Below, one piece after another: positions 1 to 11,100 of a stretch of 44,420 nt of DNA. How positions within the stretch are numbered: the stretch's first letter is position 1; every line of letters starts with the position of its first letter. Position numbers and translations under genes: made by a program. The notes under the pieces were generated by a model. It was not told the DNA's origin and did not search any database. It saw only the letters and a list, made by a program, of their open reading frames with translations. Source of the stretch: a virus (lineage: Duplodnaviria > Caudoviricetes); IMG/VR virus record IMGVR_UViG_3300028364_000057, positions 1 to 44,420 of that record, one strand, 5' to 3'.

Positions 1-155
1 AGCGTATGGCTGACGGCTCTCTGACTCTCCCTACACGTGGCAGGTGAGCTGGTTAGTCCTGTAGGACTACCCAATCTTCTTCCAGTAGGTCTGTTTGTGA
101 AGCTAGCCACGGGACCTGGTTATCATCTGCTGTCTTCATGTAGATGTAAGGCAGC
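1..155. repeat. Terminal direct repeat, left copy (circular assembly overlap)
   Basis: 1-155 equals 44266-44420 except C29 vs T44294; the exact part 30-155 is 126 bp. Confidence 0.97.
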
Positions 156-313
156 GTCATTTTTGATCCTGTGTCCGGGAACTGTGCTTTCAACCACATC
201 CCTTTACTGTTCCATCCGTTTCGAGCTACTCTACGTCCTGCTTTCAGGTGCGTGAGTGCCATTTGAAACGATACTAGCGTCACGTTTGCTACTTCTTCTG
301 TAGGCTCTGACAT
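53..313 (-). CDS. tad2: DUF2829 / Thoeris anti-defence Tad2-family sponge protein
   Basis: Family motifs ALTHLKAGRRVARNGWNSKGMWL and PYIYMKTADDNQVPWLASQTDLLEEDW. Confidence 0.85.
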   Translation of the reverse strand: MSEPTEEVANVTLVSFQMALTHLKAGRRVARNGWNSKGMWLKAQFPDTGSKMTLPYIYMKTADDNQVPWLASQTDLLEEDWVVLQD

Positions 314-316
314 AGG

Positions 317-577
317 CTAGGCTGCTTTAGGCTTATCATACACGCTCTCACCACCATCTGCGTACTGGATCACCTTACCGAGTCGCATACGGGCATCCTC
401 GACGGCACGTAGTGCGATCATGGCGTGCGCAATACACTCTCCTTTGTTAAATCCCTCTGCGTCAGGTGTTTCTTTAACTTGTGCTACAAAGTCACGTATA
501 TGCGCTTCCTGCTGCTTTAGTGACTCTCTTCCCTCTCCGGCTCGGTCAATAACTTTTTGTACTGGTGTTGCTTCCAT
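317..577 (-). CDS. Small helical-hairpin protein, Acb2/Tad1-like (putative immune-signal sponge)
   Basis: C-terminal helix GECIAHAMIALRAVEDARMRLGKVIQ resembles the (LA)xTxLEEAxM pattern; adjacent to tad2. Confidence 0.45.
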   Translation of the reverse strand: MEATPVQKVIDRAGEGRESLKQQEAHIRDFVAQVKETPDAEGFNKGECIAHAMIALRAVEDARMRLGKVIQYADGGESVYDKPKAA

Positions 578-612
578 AGTTTATTTATTAGCTTGGGTAA
601 TAATACGACTAC

Positions 613-891
613 CTACTTGAAATAGTCGTAAATCTTCTGTGATGAAAGGAACGTCACCACACCTCCGGCAAGTACTTGTGCGTACGTTGCTACTTGATCT
701 GCTGGTAGCTCTGCGCCCATGAGAATAGACGATACGATGAGTGCGATGAGTCCAAACGCTGCGTTCATAATTTGAATCCAGGTCCGGCGTGCGTCGATCT
801 CTTCTTGGTTAAGTAGTGTTGTTTTCGCTGGTTTCACGAACTGCGTGATCCCGTTAGCGATAAATGCTGCGATGATTGCTGCTATTGTCAT
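613..891 (-). CDS. Putative holin
   Basis: 92 aa with 2-3 hydrophobic segments, directly downstream of the endolysin. Confidence 0.6.
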   Translation of the reverse strand: MTIAAIIAAFIANGITQFVKPAKTTLLNQEEIDARRTWIQIMNAAFGLIALIVSSILMGAELPADQVATYAQVLAGGVVTFLSSQKIYDYFK

Positions 892-903
892 AATGAATAT
901 ATA

Positions 904-2037
904 TTACCCTAGAAAATGCTTTTCTGGGTCGATAGTTAGCTCTTGCCAATTATCCTTGTTAATGTCTGCAATTTGCACCTGGTCGAACCACACGTCTATG
1001 TGACAGTGGGGACCAGTTACAAAACCGGATTGCCCGGTAGTTCCGATCGTTTCTCCTGCTTTACGGACTCCACGATGCGGCAATCCTTGTAGATGCAGCA
1101 AGCGAGCAGCGTATTTGATTTTGTTGTGGGTGTACCTGAACTCGCAGAAGTAGCCAAGTGTATTAGAGAATCCGGCTGAAACAACTTCTCCGTCGATCCA
1201 GGCTTTTAGCTGCGTACCCATTGGCGTAGCGTAGTCGCAACCGATGTGATGCTCTGTTAGTGGGTACCACTCAGGCTTGTGAATACCGTACTTCTGTGAT
1301 ATTGGGAACGCTGCTAGTGGGTTTACCATTTCTACTACTCCCTTTTCTTTTTCGCTGACTTGTTTCATAAGTGGAATTATATATAAAAGTAGACTCAGTA
1401 AGAATCGAGTTAGTGACCATCTAGTGAAGTCCATGTGTCGATATACCTGTCGGACGTCCTTTAATACATAGTCTGCGTGGTGGACCGGTAGCTCTTTAGG
1501 GTTTGTGATACCCATACTAGCCCGTAGCTCGTCCCGTCTACCTGAGAAGTGAGTCAATCCGTGTCCAGCTTCATGTAGGAATAACCGGATGATCTCTAGT
1601 AGTCCCCTTGTGGCATGGCGTGACTTGGCAACTTCGTTTGGTGCGCAACAAATATACGCTTCTAGCACGGCGTTGTTGTCTTTCCAGTACACACCATTAA
1701 GAGTCTCAGGAAGTCCCCAAGCGGTTCTCTGTTCTGGTGTTATGTGCCATACAACAATGTTACGTTCTTTGACGTTGAGTTTGTTGGTGATGTTTTCCTC
1801 GAACCATGAGTGTCGCATCTGCGCACGGTTCTTCTCAGCGTTCCAATACCGCATCCCGGCAATATCCGGGACCGATACGTTTTCTCCAATAAATAGTGGT
1901 TCTGTCACTAAGTTTGGAATGTTTTTTGTTGCATCGTCCCACTCCCTTGAAAGTTCTTCATAGACTTCCATCGGAATCTTGGTGGTTGATAGCAGGATTG
2001 CTTTTGCTCTAAACTGTTGCTGCGTGGGTATTTGCAT
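904..2037 (-). CDS. Endolysin: HExxH metallopeptidase-like N-domain plus M23 peptidase C-domain
   Basis: LHEAGH, HIGCD (HxxxD) and GPHCH (HxH) motifs; start moved to ATG 2037 (TAACTATG coupling). Confidence 0.8.
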   Translation of the reverse strand: MQIPTQQQFRAKAILLSTTKIPMEVYEELSREWDDATKNIPNLVTEPLFIGENVSVPDIAGMRYWNAEKNRAQMRHSWFEENITNKLNVKERNIVVWHITPEQRTAWGLPETLNGVYWKDNNAVLEAYICCAPNEVAKSRHATRGLLEIIRLFLHEAGHGLTHFSGRRDELRASMGITNPKELPVHHADYVLKDVRQVYRHMDFTRWSLTRFLLSLLLYIIPLMKQVSEKEKGVVEMVNPLAAFPISQKYGIHKPEWYPLTEHHIGCDYATPMGTQLKAWIDGEVVSAGFSNTLGYFCEFRYTHNKIKYAARLLHLQGLPHRGVRKAGETIGTTGQSGFVTGPHCHIDVWFDQVQIADINKDNWQELTIDPEKHFLG

Positions 2038-2039
2038 AG

Positions 2040-2150
2040 TTAGTAGAGAATGAATCCTAGCCAGCACACTATTGCGATGCACCACAGTGTGCTTTCGTTT
2101 ACCTCTAAGAAGTAAACTACTTCATGGCGTAGATGTTTGAGTAATTTCAT
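2040..2150 (-). CDS. 36-aa membrane peptide (not in ORF track)
   Basis: MKLLKHLRHEVVYFLEVNESTLWCIAIVCWLGFILY*; fills the gap between the giant gene and the endolysin, TATG start. Confidence 0.6.
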   Translation of the reverse strand: MKLLKHLRHEVVYFLEVNESTLWCIAIVCWLGFILY

Positions 2151-2156
2151 AAATGC

Positions 2157-5100
2157 TTAATTTGCCTTACGTAGTTCCTTATTGAGGTTGTCGGAGAAAA
2201 GAATAGGCACCATACTTCCGGCTTCTGTTCTGATCTTCCGTCGCCCTAGCTTGTAGAACTCTTGAAATGCTTCCTCTCCGATCTCTGCTTCTAGTTCAGT
2301 GAGGTATTGTACCTTGTCAGCATTTGAACGTAGTCGCATTATATCATCAACGTACTCATTATTGAGTCCGTACTGTCGATAAACTGCTAGTTCCTTACGT
2401 ACGTTGTTCCGTTGTAGGTCAGTAACCTTTCCGTTGTAGAGTTCGTCGATTAACTCATCCTCGATCTGTGAGATCGCACCACGTCCTTTATCGCTCGCTT
2501 CAAACTGCGCAACGGCGTTTGCCATCAGATCATCCTCCCGGAACTCTTTTACGTAGTCGGTATTCTCACTAATGATCCCTGACTCCTGCGATGTTGCCTG
2601 TAGCTCACGTGCTGCTTCGATATCACCACGTCCTACCATCCCTTGAATAGTCCTCCTGACGTCTGTGCGCCCGGCTGTGATGTTATCTTGTGCTTTCCAC
2701 GTTTGGACTCGTTGATCCCAAAGAATCGCTTCCTGAGTCGGTGTGTAGCCTGTAGCACGTATCAGCGCTTCCCATGTGTTGTACTTGTATGGATCACCAT
2801 TTGCATCTAGTAGTGGGTTCCCGGATGAACTACGTACTCCCCAACTGTAGCCAGTAACCGCTTTGATCGGGTTAGCGAATACGTCTGGTAGTAGTTTTCC
2901 GGCTGCGTCTGCATACCGTTGCTGTCCAAGCATGTCGATCCCTTGTGGTAGTCGCTTAAACAATAGTGATCCTGTTGCACCAATGTACGATCGAACGTCT
3001 GACGGGTTATCCAGGATAGAGTCAACTGTCATTAGTCCAATACCAACTCGACTGGATAGGTCAATCCCGGTGTACGCAGCTGGAATACCACGGGTAAGTG
3101 CTATTTCCCATGTATCTAGCTCTCGCATGATCTCTTCTTCGTCCCGGTCGTCCCCTACTAGCTTCCTGAATATCTCGATCATTAGTTTTGCGAATGGTAG
3201 CGCTGTGACTCCACCAATAACACTGGTATATGCCATCTTTCGTGTTAGCGCTACGAACTCTCCCCGTGAAGCGTCACGGTATAGCTGGAATAGGAACGAT
3301 CGAATGTAGTGTTGGAAGACAAACACAACTGCTAGTCGTCCCCGGAACGCCCGTGGTCGGTGCTGTCGTCCGTATCGGAAGTGGATATCATCTGAGACTT
3401 CTTTTGATTTCCGCTGTGCTTCGGCGTTGGTCATACCCTGCGCTTTGAAGTGTCGGTACATCGCTAGGAATGATGGAATACGGTTGATATTCTGCTCAAC
3501 GATCGCTGTACTCTTGAATAGCAGCTTACTGAACCGTGAACTGATCTCGCTATAAACCGGGTTATTCTTAAATCCAGTTAGCTCGGCTGACATTTCAGCG
3601 CCTAAGTGTCCCTTTTTCAGCATTTGGTCGATCACTATACGCTCATGCGCTGATATCCTGCCACTAGAGTAGTCAAACATCGCTTTCACCAGGTCTTTCT
3701 CAGGACCAGCAATCTTTCCTGCACCCTCGTAGTACTTACTCATTTCACCAAGTCCAACAATGAAGTTCTGGGTTGCGTTGGTTGCTAGGTAGGACAAGTC
3801 GTTCGCTAGGAAGTAGGCAAACGTCATACCACGCATACTGATACTCATAGTCTGATCCTTTCCAGTAGGGATCGGGATGTAGATATCCTCTGGTTTGTTG
3901 TTCAGCTTGTAGATAATAGCGTCACGCTGCCATGCAAAGAACTCTGGCTGTCGTCGTGCGTCGATCTTAGATAGCGCATCGAAGTACGCAGTCGAGTGAC
4001 GCATCTTTGAAATATACCCACTAAATCCACTAAAGTAGTTGGCAATAACTTCTGGTGTGCGGTTGGTATCGTACCCTCCTACACCTGTTCGGCGTAGATA
4101 GTGGCGTCCAAAACCTTTCTCCTTAAACATATCAACCAATTGGTTGCGTAGAATACGTGATACATCGTCCCGGATGAATCCTTTCTCTTTCATGTTCTCG
4201 ATCACTGGGATCATACGTTCTGAGGTTAGCTCTTGCGATCCAAAGAAGTCCACCTCTAGGCTCTGTAGTTTGTCGATCTCGAACCGAGTCAGTGCATCTT
4301 GGCTCTCATTAGCTAGCTGCTGGGACCGTTCTTGTGCTAGTTTCTCAGTCTTGAATGACTCCATCAGGTACGTTTGGTACCCTCCGCCCTCGTTCATCTT
4401 CTGGTGCTTGACCACATACGGGTACTTCCACTTGTGCGGCATGTAGCCTTTACGTTCTTGTCTGAAAGCGTCAATCTCTGCTTCTTCCATACCCTTGCCA
4501 CGCATTTCCTGTAGCAGCATTTCGTGAGCAACGTCCAGCGCATACCGTACACCCTTGTACGCTTTTTGCTGTTGAGTAGTCATACCCATCTGGATGATCT
4601 CTTGGTCGCTGAACTCTTTACCTAGTGAGTCACCTCTCCATAGAATCTCATCGACTCTAGCTCGATCTTTACTTTTCAGCTTCATGTAGTCCTGGATGTT
4701 TTCTGCCATCATAGCGTCGAGCATTTCCTTGTCTGCATCCTGGTTCTCAGCCACTGTCTCGTATAGATCAGCTGCCTTGAACTCTTCCGGGTCTTTCAGG
4801 TAGAGATCACGTGACTGCGCTAGCAGGTTCTCGAACATATTTATGTCCTTGCGCACACTGTTAATGACCTCCGGTTGGTTTACCGACTGATCCAGGATTG
4901 AATTGAATAGTGCCTGACGTCCAAGTGAGTCTTCGTAGTCTTTCTCACGCTTTATCGCACCAAAGTCTAGGTATTTAATACCGTCTGGTGTCTCGAACCG
5001 TACCCGTGCTGCTCGTACCGGGTTAGCGTGTAATTTAATACTCTGTCGTTTGTTTTTCCCGGTAGCAACTGCAAAGTAGAACTTCTGTAGTCCTGGTAGA

Positions 5101-8100
5101 TCACGTCCTAGTGCTGCGTTCACCTTTACCATAGCGTCGTATAGTGCCTGGTAGAAGCGTCCCATCATAGTTGTCTGTCCCATTTCACGCCGGGCAACGT
5201 ACCCCTCGAATCCAACAGCAATTTTCTCTTCTGCTGCTACTCGTTGTCCTGCTGTCTTTGGCATTACACCACCGTTAGCAGTCTTTAGCAGCGCATCCAT
5301 GTTGAACTCCATGAACGGGTCGATCTTTCCAACTAGGTTTCGTAGGACCAAGTGGATCATTTCGTGATCTGGTGTTGTCTTGGTACTGAATGTAGGGAAC
5401 GCCATACCCATGTTGTATGACACACCGTATGCTCGGACCATTTCAATACGTCCGTGGACTAACTCTTGCTCTCCGGTATAGATGGTATCAACAAACTCCA
5501 CTGGGAAGTCCAGCTTGAATCGTCGCTTGTAGTCTGCAAGGCGCTCTGTGATCTCACCAGGCATCGCTGCGGTCATTTTGTACTGATACTCCAATGCCGC
5601 ATCCCTACCCTGCTTACGGTCGATATTTGCCGCTTTAATAGGGTTGTACTCTGAGACTCTACCCTTTCGGTTGACTCGTCGCTCTGTCGCTCTTGAACTG
5701 ACCAAGTTGTTCATCATTGTCTCTGTCTCTGACAAGTCCGGGACCGTTTGACTGTATGATCCAAGGAACTTCCCGGTTTCAGTGTCTCGAATCGGTACTG
5801 TCTTCACTCTAGCGTACAGTGGTGTCTCTTCGAGCATCATCCGTTCTCCGTTGCGTGAGATAACTGTGACGTCGTTAGTGTCGAATACTACATAGTTAAA
5901 TGTCTGCTCTTCCTGGTTTCGAGTGAATCCATCAGCGTATTTCACACCTTTAATACCGTATTCTAGCATCGCCTTACTTGCACCCTCTTGCCCTCCAAAG
6001 ATAGTAGAAGCCACACGGTAGAACTCACCACCAGTACTGCTACCCTCTGGGTTCAGTCGAGAATCGCTTTGTTGTAGTGCTTCAGCTGCGAATCGTCGGA
6101 TTTCTGCGCTTTGGTTAGCCATTGGTTCGTCCCATAGCAACATTGTCTCAATTGCTGCATCTTCGATCTCTAGCTCGTATAGGTACGCTGCTGAGTTCTC
6201 ACGGTTCCATCCTCGGAACTGCATAATGAAGTCGATATTCTTTTGGTTTGGATAGGTTGAATGTGTTCGACGTCCCTCGTATTGCTTAGTGTCCTTGTTA
6301 TAGCTCTCCACTGTTACTTCAAATAGTCCAACTGCTGGGTTCATGTCTAGTGCAATCACTCGATCTGTCTTTCCTCCCCAACTAGGTACTGTTTCACCTA
6401 CAGTAAAGTACTCTTGCAGCAATTCTGCCTGTGCTGACTCCTGGCTAGTGTCGATGGTTCGATCTCCCTTAGTGTACGTGCCTGGTTTTGCTGTTTTCTT
6501 TGTCTTTTCCACGTCCCTGTAGACGGTTGATACTGTCTCTGTGTCAGCACTATAGAATCCCCAACCAAACGCTTGGTTGCCCTCGCCTGTGTTTACAAAA
6601 TCAGTACTAGGCTGCGTGAACTCTGCGCCTGATCCGTGCCAAGTTCGTTTGTATTGTGGTGCGTGCGCTAGTGCGTAGATCGTTTCCAGCTGCTCTCTGG
6701 TTTTGATTTGGAATGGTTCAAACGCTACGTATTCTGATACTCCCTTTCCAAAGTCACTAACTACACCGTCATATCCGGCTTCTTTAATTAAATCCAGGTA
6801 CTCAGGATCATTAAATAGAAGATCTTCAAACTCCATGATCTCAGCAATACCTATGTTTTCGTCGATCCACTCTAGCGCTTCCTTGCTGTCAGTGATCTTC
6901 TCGCCGGTCATAATCTCATATAGCAGCGGCGCTTGGTCTTCGTTTGAGAATACCGCTGACTGTCGTAGGTCAATTGGATTTGCGACTGATAGGTATACTT
7001 CCTTGATCTTCATTTCCCGTTCATCACCTTTTGGTCGTGTTTTCTCTATAAAGTCTGGGATGTAGCTCTTATCATCACCCTTTAGGAAGAAGAATCCCCA
7101 ACTAGTATCTGCAGCTTCTGTATTGCTGCCCTTTTGTTTGTGATCGAATACCTCAAAGTCTGCCAGTGTTCCGTGGTAGTGAGCATCACCCTGTGCCTCA
7201 ATAAAGCTCTCCACCGTGTCATGCTCGGTAGCTTCTGCAAACAACTGATCCTGGACCTCTTGATCGTATGAACGCTTGGCACTGAACATAGCGTCGTCAC
7301 CAATAAACATATCGCTGTTTTCAGCCTTACGCTCGGTAGTGTACTCAGTGTAGTCAACCTTTCCGACGGTACTCATCTGGGTTTGCTTCTCAATAGCAGC
7401 CTTTTCTAGCGCTACGATCTGCTCTTCCTTGATAGCTTCACGCCGGGCAAGTCGCTCGTCGATCTTAGCTTCGTTCTTGGACATGTTCTCTTCGATGCTG
7501 CCAATATCAACTCCACGGTCTTTTAGCATCTGCGCTACATTAGCCAGTCGTTCTTGTGCATTTTTGATAGTAGACTCCAACCAATCCCAATTTGGGTTCT
7601 CTGCGTATCGTTCCTTGGCTTTGCGTACATCCTCCCACGCTTTGATATATTGCTCGTTCTTACGGTTGCTGTAGGCAAACTCGGACTCTAATCGACTGAT
7701 CTCGATGCCAATTTCCTGCTCTTTCATCTGGTACTCCAACTTGGTTCGATGTACCGGGTCAGTCAATAGGTTCTGCATCAGCTCTGTGTAGTCGATATCT
7801 CCGATCTCCACCACGTCGTCACCGGCTTTGATTGACTCTTCGTAGCGCTTCTCTTTGTTCTTTAGCTTCTGCGCCATGAAGATATCTACTGAGTTTTCAG
7901 TAAACATCTGGTTCACACGCACGTTTCGCCACTTGTTACCCTGTCTCCACGCTCGTCCGATCACTTGCCGGACCGCTGTAAAGTTCCACGGCTGCGATAG
8001 CATGTAGATATCAGTAGTTCGTTCCTGTAGGTTCACTCCCTCTTGGATAGCGTCTGACCCAATAATGACCTTGACCTTACCAGCGTTAAAATCTGCTTGA

Positions 8101-11100
8101 ATCTTGGGGCGGTTCTTCTTTGGTGTTTTACCACTAATGATCTTCACTTGATCCGCTTTGAGTCCCACTTCCTCGATCAGATACTTCTCAATGTATGGGA
8201 AGTACTCCACCCCAAGCGTTGAATAGATCAGCTGTCCTGAGTCTTTTACGTCCTTTAGTGTCTGCTTCACCAACTCCATTGTCAGCTTGATCTTAGGTGA
8301 TCCCTCGACAAACTGCTTGGCTGTTGGTGTTGGACCACTGTAGAAGCGACTCATGTACGGAGAAAAAGCAATTGCACGTAGCTCTCTGATCCCTTTAAGT
8401 ACACCTCCATCTTTTTTATCGTTGAATAGTGGTTGTGCTGCTGCCTTGAAGTCGTACTGATCCTGGTTTTCTGGTATCCGGAACTCACGTGTTTGTCGGT
8501 CTGGTCGCACGATCCCTGCATCTTTACCGTCCCGGAAGTCGATAAACTGTGTCAGTAACTGTTGGAACTGTTGGTAGTTCTTGAAATTACGTACATCAGG
8601 CTTCTCAGAATAGTCACCATTGGCTTTGAACTCCAATTGTGAGGTTACATCCATGAACATCGACATAAAATCGTTCACGTTCAAAATACCCATATCCTCC
8701 ATTGTCTTGCGAGCGAAGAGTGATAGGACTGAGTAGTACTCTAGTGGATGGTTTGTGAATGGTGTAGCAGACAATCCGATCACGTTTCGTCCGTTATTCT
8801 TCTCCTGGATGTATTGCGCAGCTAGCCACGTCTTTAGCCCGTATTGTGATGGTTTCAGCTGGAATCCCCGGAACTCGGTTGTTTTAGCGTCTTTATCTTT
8901 TGGCTTGGCTTTACCAATGATGTGGTTGGCGTTGTGGATCTCGTCGATAGTAAGCGCATCGAATCCTAAGTCCTCGAAGTACCGGTCGTTATCAGTCCCA
9001 CGCATCATCTTTCCAACTGTTTCCTCACCAGCGGCTTTGTCTACTTCTCGTTGTCGCTTGGTTTTGGCTGCATCAGGCTGCTCGATCACGTCATTGAATA
9101 GCGCAGTCGCTGTGTTGTAGGTTTCATCCTTGAAGCGTAGCTTCTTAAATCCCTCTTCTGTTACTAGTGAAAGTGTACCCTCTTCAATCTCTAGCGTTGC
9201 GTAGTCACCTTTGAAGTCTTCACCAAGGTTGGCTAGCTCGTTGATCTTTATATCAGGACTGATCTCTTGTATCTCAGTGATCCACTGTTTGTACACGTTA
9301 ATGTTTGGTAGAACGATCAGCGGCTTCTTAGCCCACCCTCTTTCGAGCATTTCCAAGTTGGCAACAATCCCCTGCATAGTTTTACCTAGCCCAACATCAT
9401 GTGCGAGTAGTCCTACTCCACGGTTCATAAGAAAACCAACTCCGTACTGCTGTACTTCCCGGAGATCTAGCGGCTTGCCTTTGAACGTACTTGATACGAT
9501 CGCTCGTAGTGGGACCTGTCTATAATCAGGCTTGTAGTACCCGTTAAACGCTGTGTTGTACTTCTGCTCAACCTCTGCCTGCTGCTCAGGTGTTAGCTCA
9601 TCTTTTAGGAACTTACTAAACAATTCATCACCTACTGTCCGCCTAGTCCGTCGATCCTGTTCGTTTTTCAGCTTGTCACTACCTCGGACCGGCGTACCGT
9701 TGGTGTACCCTCGAACGTCATACTGTGAAGAATCACCGAACGCTGACTGTGGTAGGTCTTTGATCCAGCCAAGGAACCGTTGCTGCAGCGACTTGTTTGC
9801 TAGCATTGTCACCTCAGCAAATCGTGTGTGTGGTGAGATACGCATACGATTAACTGTCATACGCTCAGGAATAACCGCTTCTAGCATCGCTTTTTGCTTT
9901 TCGTACTTCTCAGGTGTTAGCTCTGACTTGTCAGCTTCCAGCGTATTGAGTCGAGAATAGATGTTTCCTTGCACGTAGTTGAACTCGTTATAGTACTTCC
10001 CGTCCATGTAGAACGCTGTATCTGCATTAAAGTCTCCGGCTAGCTCTCCGGTTGGTTGTACGTACTCCCACTGTCCATTGTCGTACGCATCGACGTCAGT
10101 AAAGGTTCTCAAGTCTAGCTTACCCTTTGGCACTGGTTTGTATTCTCGTTTCGGTCGTTTCGCTTCACGGGTTTCTTTCTTGATATCAGCGCCCTCTTGC
10201 TCAATCCGACGGCTCTGTTCGTCTACCGGCTCTAGTGTCTCAGTCTTCTGCATTTCTTTATGTAGGTTCTCATCAGTCAGCGTTTTCAGCTTCTCACTAG
10301 AATCAACTGGTTCTTTCACCTCTTTACCGTTGGTTTCAATTTCTGCTTGTGTGTCTAAGTCCACGTATGTCTCACTCACAATCGCTGAATTGCTTGGTAG
10401 TGCTGCAAAGTCAGTAGTATTAAATAGCTCAATCGCTGCTTCTAGTGATCCGTCAACAAACGCTTCCTGCCCAAACCGCCCGGACCGCATACCCTCGTCA
10501 CCTAGAACGTGGTTGATATTGGACCGGAAGTACATATCATCGCTGGTTGTACGCATCCGGGACGCAAAGATAGCCATACCTGACTGACTCTTCATGTCTT
10601 TGATCGCTTTCTTTTGGAATACCAGGATGTCAGTACCGATATCAGTGGTATCAAACGCACCGTTAGGTAGTCGCATAGCTGCAACCAACTCGCCTAGCTC
10701 GGCAATTGCTTTCTTTCCAGTCTCAGTATTGCCGTTGCGCAGGAACGCTGACGGGACCACCATCGCAACGTAGCCGCCCTCCTTGGTGATATCGAGTGAG
10801 CGCTTAATAAAGTAGTTCTCGTACTTACTGATCTTCGACTCTTCACCTAATCCTTTGAATAGCCCTCTGTGCTTTCCGTATGGTGGGTTACCAACTACCA
10901 GGTCAGTCTCAGACTTGTACGGTAGCTTCTTCCCGGTTTCATCCATGAATAGGCGCTCGAACGGTTGATTGAGGACCGCTATATCAGAACGCTTGGTTTT
11001 TAGTGCCTGTGACGCATCTGTGTCGATCTCGAACGCAATTACGTTGGCGCTGCTTGGTACACCCTCCAGGAAGTTACCGACTCCGGCTGCTGGTTCTACG

